A stretch of 64,000 bases of DNA. It comes from Candidatus Hodarchaeota archaeon (lineage in GTDB: Archaea > Asgardarchaeota > Lokiarchaeia > Sigyniarchaeales > SOKP01). Of this stretch, positions 10,040 through 18,531 are shown piece after piece (the first letter of the stretch is position 1; each line of letters begins with the position of its first letter). Both the position numbers and the translations under genes were made by a program. The notes below the pieces were generated by a model. It saw only the letters and a program-made list of their open reading frames with translations. It searched no databases and was not told where the DNA came from. The DNA lies in assembly GCA_048886685.1 (NCBI GenBank), contig JBHLKM010000002.1:348367-412366 (forward strand), written 5' to 3'.

Positions 10040-11333
10040 TTAAGCCTTCAATCAACTTAGAAAGAATCTCTTCGTCAGAGATTATATTATTTGGTGGATT
10101 TATTATCTGTTTTAATTCTATTGGCACATGGTCTAACCGATAAGCTAATCCTCCACATTCAATACCAGTAACAGCTGAAGGAATGCTTACTTCAGCTACA
10201 TTCAGGGTTGCTGACTTCTTATTATCAATAAGAATTATTGGTTTTGAAGCCAATTTCTTGCTAAGTTTCCATGGTAGATGTGAAATAGGGTCTGATCCAA
10301 CAATTATAGAACAATCAAATTCGTTGTTATTAATTTTTGAGATTATTGTATTTGATGTGTCAACCAATTGATTATCAGAAAATTGTAAACTATGGTTTTT
10401 TCCTAATAAGGCTAAAGCAACATGGTCAAAACCAGTCATATTATAATGCCCTCCTAACATCATAACTGCCATTCGACCTTTTTTTTGTTTCACATTTATC
10501 ATTTGAACTAGTTCAAGTAATTCTTGTATTACATCAGGCTCTTTTGATGAACCTAAAATTCCTTGACCAATGAAAATTATCCCATATTCAGTGTTTGTTA
10601 ACTGAATTAATAACCTCCTTAAATCATCTTTGTCGATACCAGCAACACCAGATGATGGAATACTATCAGTTGTACAACATTCTTCCTTTAAAGCCCGTAT
10701 TAGCTCAATATCTTTTCCAGAATCAACTTTTAAAGCAATATCACGAACACCCATAACTCCAAAAGATGCGGTTTTAACAGGATCTATAATAATTACTGTT
10801 TTTATTTCTCGTCCAGTCATTCTGAATTTTCCCCGTGAAAAAAGTACTTTATTTAATAAACGAGGTATTGATTCTGCTACATTAGCACCCCAAAATATCA
10901 ATAAATCTGCTTTATTAATTGCTTCTGAAATTGTCGTCAATGTTATTCCTGTTTGTTTTGTAGCATTAAGAACCTTACCTTGGCAAATTATGGAATTAGA
11001 ATCAATAAATCCATTAATTAATTTAGCTAATTCAATTCCTTTTAACTGGGCCTGAGAACTGACAGTAGAAAAACCATATAACAACGGTTTAGATGAACTT
11101 TTTATGATTTCAATTGCTTTTCTCAAAGCTTTTTCAAGTGAAACCTTGGCCGTTTCACCGTTGTTCCGAATAAACGGAGATACTAGACGATTTTTGCTAG
11201 TAATAAGATCGTACTTTTCTTTCCCTTTTAAACAGGCACCTATAATTTCGTGAATATATAAACCATCAGTTTGAACAATTATGTCATCGCAAAGGAGTGA
11301 ACACCCGGTGCATGTGGTTCTTTTACCTACCAA
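10029..11333 (-). CDS. fwdB: Formylmethanofuran dehydrogenase subunit B-like (divergent active site)
   Basis: 'CTGCSLLCDDI...AC.KG' 4Fe-4S motif, 'ADL.IFWGAN', 'GHYN..GF', 'G.DP..H.P', 'G.AYRLD.VPI'. Confidence 0.88.
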   Translation of the reverse strand: MVGKRTTCTGCSLLCDDIIVQTDGLYIHEIIGACLKGKEKYDLITSKNRLVSPFIRNNGETAKVSLEKALRKAIEIIKSSSKPLLYGFSTVSSQAQLKGIELAKLINGFIDSNSIICQGKVLNATKQTGITLTTISEAINKADLLIFWGANVAESIPRLLNKVLFSRGKFRMTGREIKTVIIIDPVKTASFGVMGVRDIALKVDSGKDIELIRALKEECCTTDSIPSSGVAGIDKDDLRRLLIQLTNTEYGIIFIGQGILGSSKEPDVIQELLELVQMINVKQKKGRMAVMMLGGHYNMTGFDHVALALLGKNHSLQFSDNQLVDTSNTIISKINNNEFDCSIIVGSDPISHLPWKLSKKLASKPIILIDNKKSATLNVAEVSIPSAVTGIECGGLAYRLDHVPIELKQIINPPNNIISDEEILSKLIEGLNGG

Positions 11334-11362
11334 TTTTCAAACACCATCATAGAGGTATAGAA

Positions 11363-11830
11363 TTAAATATAGTCTATTTTCACAGCTTCTCGTGGACAAT
11401 AGGATTCACAAACACGACACTCTCTCGCTTGTCCCTCACCTTCTATTCTTCTACAATATTTAAGTTCTAATAATTCACATTTTCCGTTTTTAACCTGAAA
11501 TAATTGATGGCTTTCAGGAGGGTAATCTGGAGCTTTACCACTTAAAGACGGAGGGCAATATCTTGCATTTACCGGGCAAACAGTCACGCAAATTCCACAA
11601 CCATCACATAGATCCTCATCCACATCTATTCTTAGTTCTTTTTCTTTACCTTCCTCGGAACCGAGAAGTTCTTTTAAGCTATCATAATTCTTCTTATATT
11701 TGGGTTCTAAGAGTGGTGAACAATCATCAACTTTCACCTTACCTTGTAATAAATCTAGTGCAAAAGCCATACATGTTGGTTTCCCACATTTCTTGCAATT
11801 TGTCTTAGGTAAAAATTTGTAAAGATCCAT
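11363..11830 (-). CDS. fwdG: FwdG-like ferredoxin with N-terminal Fe-S (LPxxNCxxCGxxxC) domain
   Basis: 'LPKTNCKKCGKPTCMAFA' plus 'CDGCGICVTVCPVNA' and 'CRVCESYCP'; first gene of the fwd cluster. Confidence 0.7.
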   Translation of the reverse strand: MDLYKFLPKTNCKKCGKPTCMAFALDLLQGKVKVDDCSPLLEPKYKKNYDSLKELLGSEEGKEKELRIDVDEDLCDGCGICVTVCPVNARYCPPSLSGKAPDYPPESHQLFQVKNGKCELLELKYCRRIEGEGQARECRVCESYCPREAVKIDYI

Positions 11831-12057
11831 GAAATTATTTACTGGAATTTGCTAACACCTTGTAAATTTTTTTTTCTAATACTTTCAGTAAAGAATAATA
11901 TACTGAAATTTATTAATTTCTTTAGTTTATACAAAATAAATATCTGATTATAGGAATTGAATTATAATCAAAAATAACGAGATTTATATAAATTATTAAC
12001 AAAAAAATTAAAGCAATCTCTTAATTTCATACCATAAAAAAAGAGTGATTCAAGAAT

Positions 12058-12909
12058 ATGTCTGAAGAAGAGATTCCAGATATCGATTTAAAAGAAATGA
12101 TGATGAATGAGAGAGAGAAGAGCATAAAGACAAATATGGAAAAAATCAAAAATAAAATTGTTATCATTTCTGGTAAAGGTGGTGTTGGTAAAACTACTAT
12201 TGCGGTTAATCTTGCTATGAGTTTAGCCAGTATTGGGCTAAGAGTGGGGATTCTTGATGTAGATATAACAGGTCCAAATGTGCTTAAAATGCTAGGTGTA
12301 GACCCAGAACTAAAACCAAGAGTTGACGTAGAAGCTAAAAAATTTTATCCTATTAATGGCCCCCTAAACATGAAAGTAATGAGTATGGCATTTTTAACAT
12401 TAACCCCTGATGATCCTGTTATCTGGAGAGGTCCAATGAAAATGAGTGCTGTTAGACAATTTTTAGGGGACGCTATGTGGGGGGAACTTGATTATTTAAT
12501 ATGTGATTTACCACCAGGTACTTCTGATGAGACTCTCGATATACTACAACTAATTCCAGATGAAAATGTTGTAATTGTTACAACTCCACAACAAGTAGCC
12601 TTAATGGATGCAAGGAAAACAATAAAAATGGCAATGGTAATGCAAAGAGAAATCCTTGGAATCATTGAAAATCATTCAGGCTTCAATTGTCCTCATTGTG
12701 GTAAATACATAGATTTATATCCTCCTGGTGGAGCAGAACAAGCAGCTATTGACTTTAATATTCCATTATTAGGAAAAATACCTTTTGAAGTAGAAATAAG
12801 TCAACAAGGAGATCAAGGATTACCCTTCGTTTTAAAATATCCTGATAATAAAGCTACAAAGGCATTTAAAGGTATAGTAAATAAAATGAGAGAGATTTTA
12901 GAGAAGTAG
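12058..12909 (+). CDS. Mrp/NBP35 (ApbC) Fe-S cluster carrier ATPase
   Basis: 'SGKGGVGKT', 'DVDITGP', 'VIWRGP', 'DLPPGTSD', 'VTTPQ', 'CPHC'. Confidence 0.93.
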   Translation: MSEEEIPDIDLKEMMMNEREKSIKTNMEKIKNKIVIISGKGGVGKTTIAVNLAMSLASIGLRVGILDVDITGPNVLKMLGVDPELKPRVDVEAKKFYPINGPLNMKVMSMAFLTLTPDDPVIWRGPMKMSAVRQFLGDAMWGELDYLICDLPPGTSDETLDILQLIPDENVVIVTTPQQVALMDARKTIKMAMVMQREILGIIENHSGFNCPHCGKYIDLYPPGGAEQAAIDFNIPLLGKIPFEVEISQQGDQGLPFVLKYPDNKATKAFKGIVNKMREILEK

Positions 12910-13072
12910 TTTGATATTTTTTATATATTTTTTTAATTAACTTTACTTATAACATGAGAATTTGTAGTATTCATTCTCTACCTATTTCACAGATAATACA
13001 TCGAATTTTAAACTAAAATTTAAAAGATTTTATTAGACATTATTAACTTTATACAATTAGGTAGCAATAAAA

Positions 13073-13576
13073 TTGATAACAGGGATAAAAATTACTACTG
13101 AAGACTATAAGCTAATTAAGGGTATTGTTATTTGTAAAGAGTCGGGAGAATATTTGCTTGATCTTATTTTAGATACAAAAATCGATCCTGTTTTATTATC
13201 CTCTTTTGTTGGTGCACTACGTCTATTTGGAAATAACTTGGGAGAATTAAAAGAGATTAACATCAAAGGACTTGATGTAGATATGATTATTGTATATAAA
13301 TACAATCTCATTTTCGTAGCAATTCTTGCCAAAGAATTTCTAAAGCATGATATAAGAGATCAAGCAGAAAAAAGTTTAGACATGTTTTATACTCTATATC
13401 GGGTTGAAATCAATAATGATAATTTTGAGATAAGTCAATTTGAGTCTTTTAAAAATATTCTGGCTAAGCAAATTAAAGAATATTTCAATAAATTAAAAAA
13501 TGAAGAAGAAGCCGAAATAGGAAATTTTGGGTTCTTCACGGAAGCAATTAAAAAATTGAGAACAAATGGTTCATAG
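13073..13576 (+). CDS. Stand-alone longin/roadblock-like domain protein (Asgard type)
   Basis: 'IVICKESG..L', 'IDPVLLSSFVGALRLFG', followed by beta strands and a C-terminal helix; same pattern as the C-terminal domain of 29420..31702. Confidence 0.6.
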   Translation: MITGIKITTEDYKLIKGIVICKESGEYLLDLILDTKIDPVLLSSFVGALRLFGNNLGELKEINIKGLDVDMIIVYKYNLIFVAILAKEFLKHDIRDQAEKSLDMFYTLYRVEINNDNFEISQFESFKNILAKQIKEYFNKLKNEEEAEIGNFGFFTEAIKKLRTNGS

Positions 13577-13640
13577 TTAAATTTGTTCTATTTATGTTTA
13601 GGTTAACCGTTCTTAAGGTTTAAATTAAAAAATAAAAAAT

Positions 13641-13793
13641 TTATAGCTTGATTTCAATATTTATTGTTTCAATATTTTCAGGAACTGCTTTGGTGGATTT
13701 CAGGTAACCCAGAATTATGTTTGTTAGCATTTCTTGCATGAAATCCTTTAAAGGGATCTGTTTTTCATTAACTGTAAGTATTGCTTTTAACAT
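13641..13793 (-). CDS. 50-aa protein resembling the C-terminal domain of MobB-type proteins (not in ORF track)
   Basis: Manual translation: MLKAILTVNEKQIPLKDFMQEMLTNIILGYLKSTKAVPENIETINIEIKL*. The L.VN.K.IPL..F.Q....N.I.G pattern is recognisable. Confidence 0.65.
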   Translation of the reverse strand: MLKAILTVNEKQIPLKDFMQEMLTNIILGYLKSTKAVPENIETINIEIKL

Positions 13794-13872
13794 AATTATC
13801 CCTAAACATACTGATTTTTTAAAATTTTACCTAATAATAAATAGTAATTTTATAAAAAACACCGAAACCTTT

Positions 13873-13927
13873 GCTAGGTTTGTCCTCTTACAACCATCAT
13901 TTTCTTGTAAAAGTCATCCAACTCGCT
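13873..13927 (-). promoter_or_regulatory. Eukaryote-type SECIS-like element in 3' UTR
   Basis: Minus strand: AUGA (13917-13914), CUUUUACAA, loop GAAAAUGAUGG, UUGUAAGAG, GA (13884-13883). The 9-bp stem (one G-U) is closed by the UGA/GA core, has apical adenines, and lies about 19 nt after the stop of a UGA-containing ORF. Confidence 0.7.
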
Positions 13928-13935
13928 TTTTAATT

Positions 13936-14163
13936 TTACAATAAAAGCCCAACATTTATTTGTGCTATATAATTTCTCAATAGTTCTAATAATGGAAGAT
14001 TTATAATTGCACAAACTCAACCACCACCATTACTAGTTTCGTTTTGTAAAGTAAAGATTAAAATTATTGTGATTGCTGTTGCTATAGCGACTATTCCTAA
14101 TATCAGCATAAGTATCCTATTGGACTTTCTTTTTCCTAAATCTTGTATTTCAGAATCTATCAT
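13936..14163 (-). CDS. Candidate small single-pass membrane selenoprotein (75 aa if UGA49 = Sec; 48 aa if UGA is a stop)
   Basis: MIDSEIQDLGKRKSNRILMLILGIVAIATAITIILIFTLQNETSNGGG-U-VCAIINLPLLELLRNYIAQINVGLLL*. TGA at 14019-14017, TAA at 13938-13936, SECIS-like hairpin downstream. Confidence 0.65.
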
Positions 14164-14300
14164 CGTCAATGATCATCAAAAGCTTAATTCTAATTATATT
14201 TTATATAAATTTCCATATATATTATTATTTAATAACTAACTATACTTATTTAATTTTTGAACTTGAGATTTAGAAATTTAGAAATTAAAAGGTTAAAATT

Positions 14301-15197
14301 ATGAAATTATTACGTACTCCAGATGAAAGATTCGAAAATATTCCTGATTTTCCATATGAGCCACATTATTTAGAAGTTGACGAGATTCGAATACATTACT
14401 TAGACGAGGGTCCCAAAGACGCAGAAGTTATCTTACTCATGCATGGTGAACCCTCATGGAGCTTTTTATATAGGCATATGATTCCAATTCTAGTGAAAGC
14501 TGGATTTAGAACTGTTGCCCCAGATTTAGTAGGTTTTGGACGTTCCGATAAACCAACAGAAAAGGAAGACCATACTTATGCAAAACACGTAGAATGGATG
14601 ACAAAATTGGTTAAATCGCTTGACCTTAAAAGAATAACCCTTTTTTGTCAAGATTGGGGATCTCTGATAGGTTTAAGAGTCGCTATTGAGAATCAAGATC
14701 GATTTAGTCGAATAGTGTTATCAAATGGAGGATTACCCACTGGTGAACAATCTATGACAGAAGCATTTTTGACCTGGAGGAAATTTTCTAGAGAAATTCC
14801 TACCTTTCCTGTTGGACGATTAATTCAAGCTGGAACAACAACTAAACTATCAAGAGAAGTGAGAAACGCTTATGATGCCCCATTTCCTGATGACACATAT
14901 AAAGCAGGCGCACGAATATTACCTTCTTTAGTACCAATTAGTACTGATGATCCAGAACATAAAGCGAACAAGAAAGCATTCGAAGAATTTGGAAAGTGGG
15001 AAAAACCATTCCTAACAGCCTTTTCTGATAGTGATCCTGTAACTCGTGGTGGGGATAGATTCTGGCAACAATATATTCCTGGTGCTCAAGGACAAAAACA
15101 TACAACAATTAAGGATGCAGCGCATTTTGTCCAAGAAGATAAAGGTCCAGAATTAGCAAATCTAATAATTGAGTTTATAAAGGATAATCCTTTATAA
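14301..15197 (+). CDS. Haloalkane dehalogenase (HLD-I, DhlA/DhmA-like)
   Basis: 'LRTPDERF', 'HGEPSWS', nucleophile 'QDWG', acid 'SDSDP', base 'HFVQED'. Confidence 0.92.
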   Translation: MKLLRTPDERFENIPDFPYEPHYLEVDEIRIHYLDEGPKDAEVILLMHGEPSWSFLYRHMIPILVKAGFRTVAPDLVGFGRSDKPTEKEDHTYAKHVEWMTKLVKSLDLKRITLFCQDWGSLIGLRVAIENQDRFSRIVLSNGGLPTGEQSMTEAFLTWRKFSREIPTFPVGRLIQAGTTTKLSREVRNAYDAPFPDDTYKAGARILPSLVPISTDDPEHKANKKAFEEFGKWEKPFLTAFSDSDPVTRGGDRFWQQYIPGAQGQKHTTIKDAAHFVQEDKGPELANLIIEFIKDNPL

Positions 15198-15209
15198 ATA
15201 ATCCTTTTT

Positions 15210-16727
15210 TTATCCTTTATTACGCCTGAATCTCCAATCAGTTTCAAAAGGCACTACATCGCAAGTTTCCACATACCACGTAAGCATTCTTTCTCTCAAA
15301 CTGATTAGTATATCCTTATATTTAGAATCATCAATGACATTAATTTGTTCTTCTGGATCACTCCTCAAATCATATAATTCATCTTCTTCATAAAGCCGTC
15401 TAATATACTTGAAGTCTTTCGTTCTACACATAACAGCTTTACCATGGTAAGGTCCATCATCTGTAATTTGGAGACTCACTCGTGGCCAATAGAGCCCACC
15501 TGGGATAAGAGCAGATGTAGATTCCAGTTCCATGGCATGCTTTTCGCCATACAATCTTCCCCCCTCGCAGAAAACCGCATCTCTATGATTTTCAGTCTCC
15601 CCTTGGAGTAATGGTACTAGACTTTTCCCATAACGAGAATAATTCGGATTTATTCCTGCTAAATCAAAAACTGTTTCAGAGAAATCCAGTAATTCAACTA
15701 ACGCATCAGAAACTCTAGGTTTAACATCAATATTATCCGGAGGTTTAATAATAAAAGGTACATTAGTCAGGCAATCTTCAAAGGTATTTTGAGTTTTCTC
15801 GACTAATCCATAATCTCCAGTAAAGTCACCATGATCAGAGAAAATGAAGATTCCGCTGTTATTATAAAAACCTCTTTTTTTAAGTTCCTCAATTAACAAT
15901 CCAAATTGGTGATCAACACGAGTACACATCCCATAATATGTCGCTCGTAGCTCATTCCATCGATCTTTAGTCCAATCTTGAAGTTTTTGTCGTTCATAAA
16001 TTCCCTTTAAGAGTGAAGGTTTACCAAACCAATCCCTCGGTGGGTTTTTTCGGGCTGGGAGTTTATTTCGATCAATAAGACTAAACCATGGCTCTTCAAT
16101 ACCATATGGAGGATGTGGGTTAACTAGTGCAATATACATACAAAAAGGTTTCTCTTTATCATAATCTTTAATAAAATCTATTGCTCCTAATATAACTCCC
16201 CAATCTATGTCAAAATATATATCCTTATTCTGTGTATCTAATTTCCCTGCAAAAAAACTATAATAATCGTCACTCTCAGGTTTTCCTCTCCAACTATCTG
16301 ATTGATGTAAATTTGGCATCCAATCATATCCCCAGCGTTCACGATGTTCTCTAGAGGGCCAAAAGTAAATATCACAATGTTCTCTCAAATCTTCCTTAGC
16401 TGAAATCAGATCATTTCTTCCTGCCCACCATACAAAATATCCATTATCCTTAAGAATTTTAAGTAAGTTAGGCTCATCCCTATCCAAATGGAGCATATGA
16501 TACATAGTTCGGTGCCCTCTTACATGAGGATACCATCCCGTCATGAAACTACATCGGCTAGGTGTACACACGGGATTCTGACAAAATGCATTACTAAATG
16601 AAACAGCGTCTTGTTCAACAATTTTATCTAAATTGGGCGTTTCTGCGGCAGGATTTCCCACATGTCCTAACACATCTCCCCTCCATTGATCAACATTGAA
16701 TATGATAATAGGCGGTTTCTTATTCAT
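15210..16727 (-). CDS. Cys-type sulfatase
   Basis: 'VDQWR', 'TPNLD', formylglycine motif 'CTPSR', 'PHPPY', 'SDHGD', 'ELYDL..DP.E'. Confidence 0.92.
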   Translation of the reverse strand: MNKKPPIIIFNVDQWRGDVLGHVGNPAAETPNLDKIVEQDAVSFSNAFCQNPVCTPSRCSFMTGWYPHVRGHRTMYHMLHLDRDEPNLLKILKDNGYFVWWAGRNDLISAKEDLREHCDIYFWPSREHRERWGYDWMPNLHQSDSWRGKPESDDYYSFFAGKLDTQNKDIYFDIDWGVILGAIDFIKDYDKEKPFCMYIALVNPHPPYGIEEPWFSLIDRNKLPARKNPPRDWFGKPSLLKGIYERQKLQDWTKDRWNELRATYYGMCTRVDHQFGLLIEELKKRGFYNNSGIFIFSDHGDFTGDYGLVEKTQNTFEDCLTNVPFIIKPPDNIDVKPRVSDALVELLDFSETVFDLAGINPNYSRYGKSLVPLLQGETENHRDAVFCEGGRLYGEKHAMELESTSALIPGGLYWPRVSLQITDDGPYHGKAVMCRTKDFKYIRRLYEEDELYDLRSDPEEQINVIDDSKYKDILISLRERMLTWYVETCDVVPFETDWRFRRNKG

Positions 16728-16854
16728 GATATAATATTCACCTATATAGAGAATTTATAACGAAATATTGTATTAAATTGGATGAGGTAAAATAGAATCT
16801 TCATAAGATTTCATAATTTAATAATTGAAAAAAAAGTTGATAAAAATAAAGAAA

Positions 16855-17256
16855 TTACCATGGTAAAACGATAAGAGTAATATCAATAATCGCACTAATA
16901 ATAATAGCCACAATCACATAAATTAAGAATGCTAACACTGTAATTACAATTGCACTTAGAAATCCGACATTATGACGAAAGCTTATAATTATCCATGTGA
17001 TAACTAATGCTATTATCCATGCTACTATTCCTCCAAAAAATAGAAAGACTATAGCAAAAGCGATGGTTATAAGAAAAGAAGTGAAAAAAACTTGTCCAAA
17101 ATCGGTGTGTGACGCTTTACTGAAAAATCCTAATGCGATTTTCAAGAAGATTGCCATAACAAGGAGTAAAATCAAATATAGCAGCAAAAACCACATTATT
17201 TCTTCAAATGTATCTAAAGATTCCAACCATTCTTCATTAAATATTTGAAACATCAT
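16855..17256 (-). CDS. Small 4-TM membrane protein
   Basis: Four hydrophobic helices; GGAG SD upstream. Confidence 0.7.
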   Translation of the reverse strand: MMFQIFNEEWLESLDTFEEIMWFLLLYLILLLVMAIFLKIALGFFSKASHTDFGQVFFTSFLITIAFAIVFLFFGGIVAWIIALVITWIIISFRHNVGFLSAIVITVLAFLIYVIVAIIISAIIDITLIVLPW

Positions 17257-17283
17257 GTCTATTGTTCACATCTCCTTAATTTG

Positions 17284-18303
17284 TTATTCTTCCACTAAAT
17301 CAATATACAACAAATCTGAAAAAGTTTTGCGTTCTTCTTCCGTAGGTACCTCTCCGAGTTCCATATGAAACCCTAATTTATCTAATATATTCATCATATA
17401 TACTGGTTTTGTTTTAGATTTCATGTTTTCATTTAACCTCTCCCACGGTGGATTGAAAGTGAATAGAGGCTCTATTCCTTCATTCTTGAATTTTTCGACA
17501 ACATCATCAAGATCATCTACAACAAAAGTAATATTATGTACATAAACACCATTTTTTTCTAAAAGGTTATACCAACTGCCCATTGGTGATTTAACTTTAA
17601 CCTTAGGCTGACAATACTGTAGGACAACATTACTCAAATTTACATGTATAATAGGCATAAACGGTGTACTTAAAAAATTTGCAAACTCGATTTCCACTTT
17701 TTCAGAGCCAAAAACTTTGTTTAGAAGTTCATATGTCTTATTTAAATCAGGTGTAACTAATTCAATATGCAACATTGGGGATACACTTCCAATTAATTCA
17801 TCACGACCTGTAGCATATCGACTTTGGGGAAATACGTTAAACCCTTCTTTCACAGGATTATCACCAAATTCCAAGTGAAATCCAAGTTTTTCCATAGAAT
17901 CCATCATAAAAACTTTCTTTACACCAGGTTTTAGGAACTGAGTTGGAATCATCTTGCCCCATTCTAAATCAAATGTAAAAAGAGGTTTTATACCTCCCAA
18001 TTTTTCCATTTCCTTTGCGGTTTCTTCAGCACTTTCTACTCCAAAAGTTAAATTATGAACACCAGCACCCTTGGTTTTAAGTTGATTATACCAGGAGCCT
18101 TCTTCAACGCGGGGTTCGATGAATTGTAAAACTACATCACCAAGACCAACATGAATCACTTTATTATATTCTCCATCTAAAAAGCCTGCAAATTCTTCCT
18201 GTACTTTCTCAGCCCCAAAGACATTATGAAGAATTTGATATGCTTTTTCAGCATCAGGAACCGTTATTTCAATATGTATTAAATCATTAAATTTTACAGT
18301 CAT
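17284..18303 (-). CDS. Tandem VOC/glyoxalase-family protein (methylmalonyl-CoA epimerase-like)
   Basis: Two repeats of 'HIE...PD.....L..VFG.EKV', 'VVLQ..P', 'GVHN.TF.V', 'KLGFH.E.G'. Confidence 0.8.
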   Translation of the reverse strand: MTVKFNDLIHIEITVPDAEKAYQILHNVFGAEKVQEEFAGFLDGEYNKVIHVGLGDVVLQFIEPRVEEGSWYNQLKTKGAGVHNLTFGVESAEETAKEMEKLGGIKPLFTFDLEWGKMIPTQFLKPGVKKVFMMDSMEKLGFHLEFGDNPVKEGFNVFPQSRYATGRDELIGSVSPMLHIELVTPDLNKTYELLNKVFGSEKVEIEFANFLSTPFMPIIHVNLSNVVLQYCQPKVKVKSPMGSWYNLLEKNGVYVHNITFVVDDLDDVVEKFKNEGIEPLFTFNPPWERLNENMKSKTKPVYMMNILDKLGFHMELGEVPTEEERKTFSDLLYIDLVEE

Positions 18304-18531
18304 ATATATCTATCTCGATCTAACAAAATTTTGAAATTATAATTCTTAATTCCTCTGTATTTTTTAATTTTTTGGAAAAGGAATAATGAAGTAAATAGTA
18401 AGTCTTCACTTCTAAGAATTGTATGAATTGTATCATGAAAGAACTTTAAACTGTAATATTTAAATAAGAAGTAAATAAAATTATCCTTGCTCTAAAATCC
18501 AATTAAATTAATATAGAAAGAGGCTAAAATT

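Noticed and set aside
10029-11333. Possible Sec in FwdB (as in FwuB)
   Set aside because: The active-site codon is TGC (Cys) and there is no in-frame TGA.
13717-13944. 75-aa plus-strand track ORF
   Set aside because: Antisense to the 50-aa gene and the SECIS-like element; no recognisable motifs.
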